Positions 41,121 through 52,149 of a stretch of DNA of 64,000 nucleotides are shown here, in pieces (the stretch's first letter is position 1; each line of letters begins with the position of its first letter). Below the pieces are notes generated by a model. The model did no database searches and was not told the DNA's origin. It worked only from the letters and a program-made list of their open reading frames with translations. The translations under genes were made by a program, and so were the position numbers. Source of the DNA: an uncultured delta proteobacterium (GTDB taxonomy: Bacteria > Myxococcota_A > Polyangia > Polyangiales > JAFGIB01); contig CAVZVA010000009.1 in the NCBI GenBank assembly GCA_963778655.1, positions 96,001 to 160,000 on the forward strand. The letters are read 5' to 3'.

Positions 41121-41128
41121 GCGGCCCC

Positions 41129-41919
41129 ATGTCCGCGCGCGCTCGATCCGTGCTCCTGCAGCTGCTCGTCCTCGTCGCCGTGACCGCGCCGGGCTGCACC
41201 TCCGCGCGAGAGCCGCCGGAGCGCACGCAGCTGTCGATTTTTGCCGCGTCGTCCTTGACCGAAGCGTTCCAGGATCTCGAGCGCGGGTTCGAGGCGGATC
41301 AGCCGGACGCCGACGTCAAGCTGACCTTCGCCGGGAGCCAGGTTCTCCGGCTGCAGCTGGAGCAGGGCGCGGCGGCCGACGTGTTCGCTTCGGCCAATCA
41401 AGCCCACATGCGGGCATTGGCGGAAGCCGGCGTGGTGTCGGAAAGCAGGAGCTTTGCCCGTAACGAGCTGGTGGTGATCGTGCCCTTGGGCAATCCCGCG
41501 GACATCCGGTCTTTCCAGGATCTGCAACGGGCCAGGCGTCTGGTCATCGGTACGGACAATGTCCCGGTCGGCATCTACGCGCGCCAAGTCTTGGACCGCG
41601 CCAAGACGCGCTTCGGGACGGACTTCTCGGCTCAGGTCCAGAGTCACGTGGTTTCCGAAGAGAGCAACGTGCGGCTGGTCCGCGCCAAGGTGGAGCTCGG
41701 CGAAGCCGACGCTGCGATCGTCTACCGCACGGATGCGGCCGCCTCTGCCAAGCTGCGCGTGGTTCCCATTCCGAGCGAGCTCAACGTGAGCGCGAGCTAC
41801 GCCATCGGGGTCGTGGCCCGCTCGCCCCACGCGGCCATGGCAAGGCGGTTTATCGACTACCTGCTGTCCCCCGAGGGGCAGAAGACCCTCGGCCAGCGTG
41901 GATTCAGGGCCGCAACACC

Positions 41920-41923
<4 letters not shown>
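41129..41923 (+). CDS. modA: Molybdate ABC transporter substrate-binding protein
   Basis: [38 protein letters not shown]. Confidence 0.95.
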
Positions 41924-42755
<832 letters not shown>

Positions 42756-42759
<4 letters not shown>

Positions 42760-43517
42760 GCGGTTGGCGAGTCTGCGTGAAGGCCAAGGTCGGCGCGCTC
42801 GAGCTCGACGTCGATCTGCGAGGCGACGAGGCTCCGCTCGCGCTCACCGGCCCGAATGGCAGCGGCAAGACGGTGCTTCTGCGCATCATCTCCGGCGCCG
42901 TCAAACCGACTCATGGCGAAATCGAGGTGGGCGGCACGGCGCTGTTCAGCAGTAGCCACGGCATCGACCTCAGCTCCGAGGAGCGCTGCGTGGGATACGT
43001 GCCGCAGGGATACGGCTTGTTCCCGCACCTCAGCGTGATCGACAACGTCGCGTTCGGACTGTCCACCGGAAGGCGCAGGCGACCGCGTGCGAGCCGGCGT
43101 CGCGCGGCGCAAGCCATGCTGGAAGAGCTCGGCTGCGCGCAGCTTGCCGAGCGCCTGCCGCAGCGGCTTTCCGGCGGAGAGCAGCAGCGAGTCGCGCTGG
43201 CGCGCGCGCTGGTGATCGAGCCGGCCATGCTTCTGCTCGACGAGCCGCTCTCGGCGCTCGATGCCGGCGCTCGCAGGCGGGTGAGGTCGTTCCTCGTCCG
43301 GCGCCTGCGAGCGCTCGGGCGCCCGTGCATCGTGGTCACCCACGACGCTCGCGATGTCGCCGCCCTGGGCGCGCGCGTCTGCGTCCTCGAGCGCGGGCGG
43401 ATCGTCCAACAGGGCGCGCTCGCAAGCCTGCGCTCCGCGCCGGTAAACGACTTCGTGGCTGAGTTCGTCGGCAACGACCCGCAGGGCACGCCCGTCGGGC
43501 ACGCAACGGCTCCGTGA
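42756..43517 (+). CDS. modC: Molybdate ABC transporter ATP-binding protein
   Basis: [36 protein letters not shown] at 42756. Confidence 0.92.
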
Positions 43518-43841
43518 CGCGCGGCTAAGCTCTGCGACTTTACCTCCGCTTCGAGCAGCCCAAGCACTATGGCGGCATCTATGTTTGGGATTGCAGGCAG
43601 TCGTTGGCCGCATATCGAGAGTCCCCGCCCGCGGCGACGATCCCCGCCTCGTGCCGGGCTGTCGGCCCGCTCTCCGACTCCGCCGGCAGCCGGCTCCGGC
43701 GTCACGCGCAGGCCAGGCTGGTTTGACGTGGCAGAAAAAAAGCCGCAAGCGCATGTCGATTCGCCGCGGGCTCGTTCGTCGTCCCTGGGAAGGGCAGCCG
43801 GTCGCGCTCTCGCGGCAGGCGCAGGAAGAAGGAGGATCGCC

Positions 43842-44333
43842 ATGGCGTCGACGGGTAAGTCGAAAATCTACACCCACCTCTGGTACGCGAAGGAGGCCGA
43901 GGAGGCGGCGCGCTTCTATGCGTCGATCTTCCCCGACTCTCGGGTCAACCGGGTCACGCCGCTGCCCAGCGATACGCCGAGCGGGCCGGCCGGGTCGGTG
44001 AAGGTCGTGGACTTCAGCTTGTTCGGCCAGCGCTTTCAAGCGATCAGCGCGGGGCCCCATCACGAGTTCAACGACGCGATTTCGATCGTCGTCCTGTGCG
44101 ACGACCAGGCAGAGCTGGACCGCTACTGGAGCGCGCTGCTCGAGGGCGGCGGCAAGCCACAGGCGTGCGGGTGGCTGATCGACCGTTTCGGCGTGCGCTG
44201 GCAGATCGTGCCCGCAATGCTGGACGAGCTCATGCGAGACGACGATGCGGCGCGCTCGAAGCGAGTCGCCGACGCGATGCTGAAGATGGTCAAGCTCGAC
44301 ATCGCGGTGCTCCAGCAGGCCTATCGTTCCTGA
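43842..44333 (+). CDS. VOC/PhnB-family protein
   Basis: AEEAARFYASIF, FNDAIS, CGWLIDRFGVRWQIVP; GGAGG RBS. Confidence 0.92.
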   Translation: MASTGKSKIYTHLWYAKEAEEAARFYASIFPDSRVNRVTPLPSDTPSGPAGSVKVVDFSLFGQRFQAISAGPHHEFNDAISIVVLCDDQAELDRYWSALLEGGGKPQACGWLIDRFGVRWQIVPAMLDELMRDDDAARSKRVADAMLKMVKLDIAVLQQAYRS

Positions 44334-44632
44334 GATGAGCGGCCGCCTGGGCGCCCGAAGGCGGCAGCGCCCGCGCGGGGGCGCCGCTGATCGAGGGCGG
44401 CACGCCGGCCTTGCGGCCCTAAGTCAGAGACCAGGCGCTGGCCGGGCGCGCACTCGACGTTGCGGCCTTCGATCATGCCGCCGAACATTGCGAACGCTCC
44501 GCCCGGCTTGGGGTCGATCTCGGCCGGCGCGCCGCCGCTCATCTTGCTGAACTGCACGGCGTCGGTCAGCGCGCCGTAGACGCGCGCGGGCGCACCCGGC
44601 AGCCGGACTTCCTGGTGAATGTTCTGGGTCAT
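44321..44632 (-). pseudogene. Truncated SRPBCC/AHSA1 gene
   Basis: MTQNIHQEV...VYGALTD...FAMFGGMIEGRNVECAPGQRLV, then unrelated sequence. Confidence 0.7.
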
Positions 44633-44647
44633 CGCGGGCTCCTTGCA

Positions 44648-45076
44648 ATGTCAGTCCGACGTGTAATCGCGGCTCGGCCAGAGCGCCTGTTCGAGGCGTG
44701 GACCAACGCATCGCAGCTCCAGGCGTGGTGGGGACCTGCCGGCGTGCGCTGCCCGCTCGCAGAAGTCGACGCGCGCGTCGGAGGCCGCTACCGCATCGAC
44801 AACCAGATGGCCGATGGCAGCGTCGTGAGCATCCGCGGCGAATTTCTCGCGCTCGAGCCGCCATCGAAGCGCGTCTATACCTGGGTCATCGGACCGCCCG
44901 GCAGCGAGGCCAAGGCCGCGCCCGAACGCGTGACCGTGCAGTTCGAGCCGCGCGATCAGGGCACCGAGGTCATCGTCACCCACGAGCGCATCGCGGGCGA
45001 GCGCACCCGCGCCGGCCACGAAGCCGGCTGGATCGGCTGCCTTGGCGGCCTCGAGCGCTACGTCGCGACCGCGTGA
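44648..45076 (+). CDS. SRPBCC/AHSA1-family protein (5' end possibly truncated)
   Basis: RRVIAARPERLFEAWT, DARVGGRYRI, GHEAGWIGCL; only 15 bp from the divergent start. Confidence 0.8.
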   Translation: MSVRRVIAARPERLFEAWTNASQLQAWWGPAGVRCPLAEVDARVGGRYRIDNQMADGSVVSIRGEFLALEPPSKRVYTWVIGPPGSEAKAAPERVTVQFEPRDQGTEVIVTHERIAGERTRAGHEAGWIGCLGGLERYVATA

Positions 45077-45575
45077 TCGATCAGCGGCTGCGCCTGGCGC
45101 GTCCGGCTGGATGGGCAGGAAATTGCACAATCGCATTCGAGCGTGCGGAGCTCGAGCTGGAGACTAGTGCGAGGCTCGACACGTGGACGAGGGGCGCTTG
45201 CCTGTGCTCGGTCAGTTGTTAGACTCGCTGGTGGGTAGGGTCGAGTAGCTCGCACGCGATACGCCCGCGGGTCGTCTCGGCACGTGTGCGAGCTGCGAAG
45301 ACTGTGTCGCGAGCGACGGATCGCTTGCGCGTGTCGAGATCCGCTTTGCGCGCCCGCGCCTGCTCCCGATTACCTGCGCGCTCGTGGCCCGCAGAGGGCT
45401 CAACGGGGAACGCTTGTGAGGGCGAAATTGGCGTCCCGCGACCAAAGGGATCTCGGTCGTGCACTGCAAATAGTGCCGTATGCGCGGATGCTGCCTCAAA
45501 ACGTACACATTGACGGGACACCAGCTGCGACGCATGACTCGCATTCAAGCCTTCGTGGCGTAAGGGAGTGAGTAG

Positions 45576-47165
45576 ATGATCCGCAATCGTGTCCTGGTCG
45601 TGGTGCTGGGGAGCGCTCTTCTCGCAGCGGGAGGTTGGAGCTGCGCTTCGAGCTCTGGCGGCGACAACAAGCCGGGCATGACCCTGTCGCCGAGCGTGGG
45701 CACGTCCGGCATGGCAGGCACCGGTCAGGTTCCGTCCGGGGTTGGCGGTGGCCAGGTCACCGGCGGGGTCGGCGGTGGTACGGTCGCGGGCGTGGGCGGC
45801 AATGGCCCGGTTCCGGGCGGGGTCGCAGGCGCCGGTGCGGGCGCGGGCGCGGCCGGTGCCGACGCGTCCAACAGCGGGAGCAAATGCAACATCACGTCCA
45901 ATCTGACGATGAGCCCCGCCATCAGCACCGTGGGCACCGTCGAGTTCTCGACCGACCTTCCCGGTGTCGACTCGGCCTACATCGAATTCGGCCTCGACAC
46001 CGACTACGGCATGAAGGCTCCGGTCGATCTGGCGGAGCCCAACTATCGCACCGTGTTGCTGGGCATGAAGACCGACAGGCAGTACCACTACCGCATCGTG
46101 GTGAGCGCGGGCAGCCAAGTGTGCAGCGGACCGGACAACACGCTGCAGACCGGAAGCCTGCCGAATCAGCTGGGTCTGCTCAAGGTCACCGTCACCACCC
46201 CGCAGCCGGACAAGGTGAGCAAGGGTTTCATGCTCATGGGCTATCTAAGGACGGGGCCGACGTTCATCATCGACCAGGACGGCGACTACGTCTGGTGGTT
46301 CGATTCCGGCGACGTGACAAGGGCGCGCATGACCTATGACGGCAAGTACGTCTGGACCCAGGCCCTGAACTGGAATGCCGGTTTTGGTGCCAACGCCGTC
46401 AACGACAAGAAGGCAGGCGGCACTCCGGTGATCCACAGGGTGAGCGTCGATGGCACGCAGGTGGACACGTACGGCCTGAGCGAGTTCGGAGATCCCACGC
46501 ACGACTTCGACATCACGCCAGACGGCTCGTACATCATGCCCGATCACAACTCGTCGGGCAGCTGCATGAAGATCGTGGAGCGTACGCCGGACGGGCAACG
46601 TCACGACATCATCACCGTCGATCAAGCCGATCACGGCAGCAACTGCCTGGTCAATTCGATCCACTACTGGCCCGCCGACGACACCATCACGTTTTCCGAT
46701 CTGGGCAACGACTGCTACGTCAAGATGACGCGGACCGGCAAGGTGCTCTGGATCCTCGGCGGCGCGCATAGCACCTTCACCCAGGGCGACGCCATCAGCT
46801 GGAACGGAGAGCACGGGCACCACGTGCTCGCTCCCGATCGCTTGCTGATGTTCAACAACGGGATCAACCCGCTCACCGGCGGAGGCAATCCCGGGGGCTC
46901 CTCGATGGTGTACGAAGTCAAGCTCGACGAAGCGACCAAGACAGCGACCCGGGTCTGGCAATACGACGGCGGCCTGCAGACGTACGCCTTCGGCGACGTG
47001 CAGCGGCTGCCGGACGGCAACACGCTGGTCAACTACGGCGTGAAGGGCACGATCCACGAGGTCGACCCGGACGGGAAGCTGGTTCAGTCGATGGAGTGGG
47101 GGCTGGGCGGGGTGATCGCCTACGTCGACTGGCGCCACTCGCTCTACGGCCCTCCGGACCGCTAG
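45576..47165 (+). CDS. Secreted aryl-sulfotransferase (ASST)-like lipoprotein
   Basis: Signal peptide with Cys, Gly-rich linker, FN3-like YHYRI, THDF, VNSI, EHGH, FNNG, GDVQRLPDGNTLV. Confidence 0.8.
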   Translation: MIRNRVLVVVLGSALLAAGGWSCASSSGGDNKPGMTLSPSVGTSGMAGTGQVPSGVGGGQVTGGVGGGTVAGVGGNGPVPGGVAGAGAGAGAAGADASNSGSKCNITSNLTMSPAISTVGTVEFSTDLPGVDSAYIEFGLDTDYGMKAPVDLAEPNYRTVLLGMKTDRQYHYRIVVSAGSQVCSGPDNTLQTGSLPNQLGLLKVTVTTPQPDKVSKGFMLMGYLRTGPTFIIDQDGDYVWWFDSGDVTRARMTYDGKYVWTQALNWNAGFGANAVNDKKAGGTPVIHRVSVDGTQVDTYGLSEFGDPTHDFDITPDGSYIMPDHNSSGSCMKIVERTPDGQRHDIITVDQADHGSNCLVNSIHYWPADDTITFSDLGNDCYVKMTRTGKVLWILGGAHSTFTQGDAISWNGEHGHHVLAPDRLLMFNNGINPLTGGGNPGGSSMVYEVKLDEATKTATRVWQYDGGLQTYAFGDVQRLPDGNTLVNYGVKGTIHEVDPDGKLVQSMEWGLGGVIAYVDWRHSLYGPPDR

Positions 47166-47167
47166 TG

Positions 47168-47338
47168 CTAGAGCACCGAACCTATTGAAACGTGTGCGAA
47201 GTCGGGGTCATGGCGGGATGCAGGGTGCGGGCGGGAGCCCGAAGGCGTAGTCCATCCTACGTCGAGCGGGGAGCGCGCGTGCCATGCGCCCGCGAGGGCC
47301 CCGAAATCGTGCGTGTTTCAATATGTTCGGTGCTCTAG
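47168..47338. mobile_element. 171-bp MITE-like element with CTAG ends
   Basis: Terminal IR CTAGAGCACCGAAC(C/A)TATTGAAAC; non-coding; second copy at 50321. Confidence 0.85.
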
Positions 47339-47460
47339 AGCCTATTTCGCTCGATTTCGGCGCGCGACGGGTGCGCCGGCGGCGCCGAGCCCAATCGCGG
47401 CGAGCGCTTTTCCGTGGCGAAAGGCTTGCGTCTATGCTTCGAAAATACTAGAAGTACGAG

Positions 47461-47775
47461 GTGACCGCGAAGCTCCAGCGCCATGCCGAGCAGCTCAGCG
47501 CGCTCGGACACCCGGTCCGGCTGAAGATCCTGCGCTTCGTGGTACAGGCCGGGCCGCAAGGCGCCTCGGCAGGGGAGATCCAGAAGCACGCCGATCTGCC
47601 GGCGTCGACGCTCAGCCACCATCTCAAGCGCCTGGTGGATGCCGGCGTGATGTCGGCGCGCGGCGAGGGGACGTTCCACTACTATGCCGCCCAGTACGCA
47701 GCGCTGCGCAGCCTCACGAACTACCTGTGGGAGGACTGCTGCAAGGCGGGGGGCGCCAAGGGCGCGTGCTGTTGA
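47461..47775 (+). CDS. arsR: ArsR-family regulator with C-terminal Cys pairs
   Basis: ALGHPVRLKI, STLSHHLKRL, WEDCC...ACC. Confidence 0.88.
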   Translation: MTAKLQRHAEQLSALGHPVRLKILRFVVQAGPQGASAGEIQKHADLPASTLSHHLKRLVDAGVMSARGEGTFHYYAAQYAALRSLTNYLWEDCCKAGGAKGACC

Positions 47776-47820
47776 TTTTTTTTGGCCCAATGTTTCGAAA
47801 GAAATGGAAGGAGATCGGTC

Positions 47821-48282
47821 ATGAACATCCTCAAGCCCCACGTTTCACTCAACGTCACCGACATCGACGCCTCGGTTGCGTTCTATGAGAAGGCGTTCGG
47901 CGTAGCGGCCAGCAAGCGGCGGCCGGGCTATGCCAAGTTCGATCTGGAAGCACCGGCGCTGAACCTCACGATGCAGCAGGCGCCGCGCACCGGCGTCAAT
48001 GCCAGCCACTTCGGGATCCAGGTCGCCAGCAGCGAAGACGTCGCAGTGGCCTGGACGCGCTTCAAGCAGGCCGGGCTGGTCACCAAGACCGAGCAGAACA
48101 CGGAGTGCTGCTACGCGCTGCAAGACAAGGTCTGGGTCGAGGATCCAGATGGCAACGCCTGGGAGGTGTTCGTGGTCAAGGGCGAGGCGGCCGTGATGGA
48201 GAAGCAGACGAGCGGTGCCGGTTGCTGCGTGCCCAAGATCGCCGAGGAGGAGAGCAGCAAGGCCGGCGGCGGCTGTTGCTGA
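47821..48282 (+). CDS. ArsI/CadI-family VOC metalloenzyme
   Basis: HVSLNV, PGYAKF, HFGIQV, ECCYALQDKVWVEDPDGNAWE. Confidence 0.92.
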   Translation: MNILKPHVSLNVTDIDASVAFYEKAFGVAASKRRPGYAKFDLEAPALNLTMQQAPRTGVNASHFGIQVASSEDVAVAWTRFKQAGLVTKTEQNTECCYALQDKVWVEDPDGNAWEVFVVKGEAAVMEKQTSGAGCCVPKIAEEESSKAGGGCC

Positions 48283-48340
48283 CCAGCAGCAGCGTCCGGC
48301 CCCTTGAGCAGGCGCGGCGTTTCAGGTCACGATCGATCGC

Positions 48341-49417
48341 ATGGCGAGGCGCGGGCGACGACTGGCGCGGGCGTGCGGTGGCGTGCGCCGGGGGCTCGTG
48401 CTCGCGCTTGCGGTCGGGCTCGGGTGTGGCTGCAAGGCGAGCGGCGACGCCGGGGTGGCGGGCGGCGCTGGGTCGGGTGGTGCCGCCGGAACGAGTAGCG
48501 GCGGGCGCGGCACAGCGGGCGGTGCTGCGGGTGCGGGCAGCGGCGGCGCCGCAGGCGCCGGCGGCGCAGCGAAAGCAGGCGGCGCGAAGGGGAGGGGCGG
48601 CGCAGGCGGAACGGCCGGCGCGGCGGCGGACGCGGGTGCCGCGGGCAGCGGTGGCGCGGTGGGCACGGGCGGCGCAGCAGCAGATGGCGGCACGACCGGT
48701 GCCGGCGGCGCGACGGCGACAGGCGGAGCAGGCGGAATGGGCGCAACGGGCGGCGCGGGCGCAACCGGCGGCGCGGGCGCAACCGGCGGCGCGGGCGGAA
48801 TGGGCGGCGCGGCGTACAGCACCGACTTCGATCTCACGGAGTCGCCGATCTCGGAGAACGGCGCGTGGCATCACGACGGGCTTGACTGGACGCGGGTCGA
48901 GACCCTGGGCGGCATTGCGCGTGGGACGCAGGCGCTGGGGGTGTCGCGCTCGGGGCCGCAGCAATACGACGACTCGTACGCGTACCTGTCCGGCTTTGCG
49001 CCGGACCAACAGGCCAGCGGGGTGATCCACCTGGGCAGCATCGACGGCAGCTGCACGCACGAGGTCGAGATCCTGCTGCGCTGGGCCGACTCGGCGCACA
49101 ACGCGCGCGGCTACGAGTGCAACCTCGCTTACGACGGAAGCTATGCCCAGATCGTGCGCTGGAACGGCGCAGTCGGCGACTTCACCTATCTCGGCAGCGG
49201 CAGCGTGCCGGGCGGCGTACACGACGGCGACACCATCAGCGCCGTGATCAAGGGCGATCAGATCACGCTCTCGGTCAATGGCGTGATGCGGGCGAGCGCC
49301 AGCGATTCGACCTTCGCCACAGGCGACCCGGGCATCGGCTTGTGGCGCGGCTCGAGCGGTTGTGGCGAGCTCGGCGACTACGGCTTCACGCACTACGACG
49401 CGAGCGGAGCGCCCTGA
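48341..49417 (+). CDS. Gly/Ala-rich secreted lipoprotein with C-terminal beta-sandwich domain
   Basis: Hydrophobic signal + GCGC; GGAGAT repeats; globular beta-rich C-terminus. Confidence 0.75.
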   Translation: MARRGRRLARACGGVRRGLVLALAVGLGCGCKASGDAGVAGGAGSGGAAGTSSGGRGTAGGAAGAGSGGAAGAGGAAKAGGAKGRGGAGGTAGAAADAGAAGSGGAVGTGGAAADGGTTGAGGATATGGAGGMGATGGAGATGGAGATGGAGGMGGAAYSTDFDLTESPISENGAWHHDGLDWTRVETLGGIARGTQALGVSRSGPQQYDDSYAYLSGFAPDQQASGVIHLGSIDGSCTHEVEILLRWADSAHNARGYECNLAYDGSYAQIVRWNGAVGDFTYLGSGSVPGGVHDGDTISAVIKGDQITLSVNGVMRASASDSTFATGDPGIGLWRGSSGCGELGDYGFTHYDASGAP

Positions 49418-49426
49418 CGGCGGAAG

Positions 49427-50083
49427 CTACACCGGGTCGACGCGGTCGGCGGCCGAGCCGGGGGGCTCGCCGAGGAACTCGACCCAGGCTCGCTTCATGC
49501 ACGGGTAGTGCTTGGCTGCTTCCACCAGCGAGAAGAATGCCTGCAGGGTCTTGTCCAAGCGGGCGCGCAGGCCGGCATCCGCGAGGTCGTCGCCGTCGAA
49601 GGCCTTGGTCGCCATGGCCAGCGAGAACATGTCGGGGTAGATGCGGGCGCCCAGGTGCTCGAGCGGCACGCGCAGCGCCCACAGGCCGCGGTTGCCTCCC
49701 ACCATCGCGGGTGAGGCCGGGAGCAGCAGGCCGTGGCGCCCGTCGAAGGGCTGCGGGCGGAAGCGCGAGGTCCAGTCGATCAGGTTCTTGAGCACGCCCG
49801 GCATCGACGCGTTGTATTCGGGCGACACGATCACGAACGCATCGCTCGCGATCAGGCGCTCTCGCAGCGTGTGGGCGCCGGGCGGAATCCCTTTCTCGCT
49901 CTCCAGGTCGCCGTCGTACAGCGGCACGTCGAGCTCGCGCATGGCCGCGAAGTCGACCGTGGCACCAGCTTGCGCTGCGACGCGGGCCACCAGCGCGGCG
50001 AGCTTGCGATTGACCGATTCGGCGCGCAACGACGCGGCGAATACCAAGAGCTTGAGCGTGGGTGTTGGGGGCTGGTTGGGCAT
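49427..50083 (-). CDS. NADPH-dependent FMN reductase
   Basis: ASLRAESVN, PLYDGD, SPEYNASMPGVLKNLIDW. Confidence 0.93.
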   Translation of the reverse strand: MPNQPPTPTLKLLVFAASLRAESVNRKLAALVARVAAQAGATVDFAAMRELDVPLYDGDLESEKGIPPGAHTLRERLIASDAFVIVSPEYNASMPGVLKNLIDWTSRFRPQPFDGRHGLLLPASPAMVGGNRGLWALRVPLEHLGARIYPDMFSLAMATKAFDGDDLADAGLRARLDKTLQAFFSLVEAAKHYPCMKRAWVEFLGEPPGSAADRVDPV

Positions 50084-50252
50084 GCGGGCCTCCTTCTCAT
50101 TCCGGCAGGGGAATCGACTCGACCTCGTCGCCGGGCACGGCGTCACCGTCACCCCGACGGCGGCGCGCCGGAAGTACATCGGGCCCCTTGCGCGCAATGC
50201 AAGTCCCCGCGCGGCCTTTCCGCGCTCGAGTCGGCTATGCTCGGCGTGGAGC

Positions 50253-50318
50253 ATGGACAAAATCGAAATCGCGACCCGGGACGGGCGCTGTCCGGGCTAC
50301 GCCACGCTGAAAGTGTAG
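50253..50318 (+). pseudogene. Tiny remnant resembling a dienelactone hydrolase N-terminus
   Basis: GGAG RBS + MDKIEIATRDGRCPGY...ATLKV*, directly before MITE copy 2. Confidence 0.35.
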
Positions 50319-50320
50319 GC

Positions 50321-50442
50321 CTAGAGCACCGAACATATTGAAACACGCACGATTTCGGGGCCCTCGCGGGCGCATGGGACGCGCGCTCTCCGCTCGACGT
50401 AGGATGGACTACGCCCTCGGGCTCCCGCCCGCACCCTGCATC
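50321..50442. mobile_element. Truncated, inverted second copy of the CTAG MITE
   Basis: Reverse complement of ~47217-47338 with few mismatches; distal IR missing. Confidence 0.85.
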
Positions 50443-50691
50443 TGGAGCAAACACCGTGGTGGCCGCGATGCGCCGTGCCAACGAGAAGGAGCTCGCGCGC
50501 CTGAAGGCGCTGCTCGAAGCTTCGTGACGCCGGCCTTGCGCCGGGCGCCTCGGGCCAATCCTGCCCGGGAGAGGCACCTCGCGCGTTCGGATATGACCGG
50601 TTTCCACCATACGTGCGTGTGCGTACTTGGCGCCAGCAAAACAGATCCTTCTCATCGGCTACCGGGGGCTCTACGATCAGCAAGCCGGAAC

Positions 50692-51861
50692 ATGAACAGC
50701 GTGCAAGTACGCAGTAGTGAGCGAGGGACCGTGCTCGTCGCGGACGACGAGGTGGCACTCGCCAAGGCTTACGCGCGCGTGCTCAGCGCAGCCGGCTTCA
50801 AGGTCGAGGTGGCAGCCGACGGCAGCCAAGCGGTCCAGCTGCTCGAGTCGCAGCGTTTCGATGCGATCGTCAGCGACATCGCGATGCCGAAGCTCGACGG
50901 CATCGATCTGTTGCGCGCGGTGCGCGCGCGCGATCTCGACGTCCCGGTCGTGCTGGTGACCGGCAGCCCGAGTCTCGAGACCGCGCTGCAGGCGGTGGAG
51001 TTCGGCGCCATCCGCTATCTGCGCAAGCCGATCGAGCTCGCCGAGCTGCTCGCAGCCGTGGAGCAGGCGGTGCGGCTGGGTGGGCTGGCGCGGCTCAAGC
51101 GCGAGGCGCTCGCGCACCTGGGCGACGAGGGCAAGCTGCTCGGCGACCGTGTGGGCCTCGAGCTCGGCTTCGAGCGCGCGCTGGCCGGCATGTGGATGGC
51201 GTACCAGCCGCTGGTCCACTACGCGCAGCGCCGGGTGATCGGCTACGAAGCGCTGCTGCGTTCGGGCGAGCGCACGCTGCCCCACCCGGGCGCGATCATG
51301 GACGCGGCGCAACGCCTGGGTCGCTTGTTCGAGGTGGGCCGAGCGGTGCGCCACCACGTTGGCGCCACGCTGGCGAAGTCGCCGATCCCGCAAGCATTCG
51401 TCAACCTCCATCCCGAGGATCTGTGCGACCCCGACCTCTACGACCCGTCCGCGCCTCTTTCGCTGGTCGCGCATAAGGTCGTGCTCGAGATCACGGAGCG
51501 CGCCTCGGTCGACGAGATCGACGGGTTGCAGACCAAGATCTCGCGGCTGCGGCAGATGGGCTTTCGCCTCGCCATCGACGACATGGGCGCCGGCTACGCC
51601 GGTCTCTCGAGCATCGCCCAGCTGCTGCCCGAGGTGATGAAGATCGACATGTCGCTGGTGCGTGACGTCGACGTCGACTCGACGCGGCAGAAACTGGTTG
51701 GCGCGATGACGAAGCTGTGCGGCGAGATGGACGTGCTGGTGGTCGCGGAGGGCATCGAGACGCGCACCGAGCGCGACACGCTGGCGCGGCTCGGCTGCAA
51801 CGTCATGCAGGGCTATCTGTTCGCGAAGCCCGAGCCGCCGTTCCCCGAAGTGAAGTTCTAA
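50692..51861 (+). CDS. Response regulator REC-EAL (c-di-GMP phosphodiesterase)
   Basis: VADDE, SDIAMP, KP receiver; YQP, EALLR, FVNL, EITE, DDMGAGY, KID, AEGIE, QGY. Confidence 0.93.
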   Translation: MNSVQVRSSERGTVLVADDEVALAKAYARVLSAAGFKVEVAADGSQAVQLLESQRFDAIVSDIAMPKLDGIDLLRAVRARDLDVPVVLVTGSPSLETALQAVEFGAIRYLRKPIELAELLAAVEQAVRLGGLARLKREALAHLGDEGKLLGDRVGLELGFERALAGMWMAYQPLVHYAQRRVIGYEALLRSGERTLPHPGAIMDAAQRLGRLFEVGRAVRHHVGATLAKSPIPQAFVNLHPEDLCDPDLYDPSAPLSLVAHKVVLEITERASVDEIDGLQTKISRLRQMGFRLAIDDMGAGYAGLSSIAQLLPEVMKIDMSLVRDVDVDSTRQKLVGAMTKLCGEMDVLVVAEGIETRTERDTLARLGCNVMQGYLFAKPEPPFPEVKF

Positions 51862-52149
51862 ATCAGAGTTCGCGATTCGGGATCGAAGCGTGATCGGTCA
51901 TTTGGATCGCAGCCATTGCGCGCGTCCGCTCCTCGGACAGGTGGTTGCCGGCGATCACCTGCGCGTACCACAACGCGCCACGCCCCACTCGAAGCCCGCT
52001 GGAAGACCGATCAGGGTGCCCCGGCTCCGCGCGCGGCATCCGCGATTTCGCCCGGCGGCTCAAGCGGGCGTGCCGGAACGGCGAAACGCGCCGCCGGCCG
52101 TGCTGAGAGCCGGCCGGCGACGCGCCTCGCTGCGTGTGAGTTGCTCGCT

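Noticed and set aside
49427..50083. ArsH call for the FMN reductase
   Set aside because: Only generic FMN-reductase motifs are visible; it is on the opposite strand and separated from arsR/arsI
47168..50442. Composite transposon carrying the ars genes
   Set aside because: The right copy lacks its outer IR, there is no flanking duplication for the whole unit and no cognate transposase nearby
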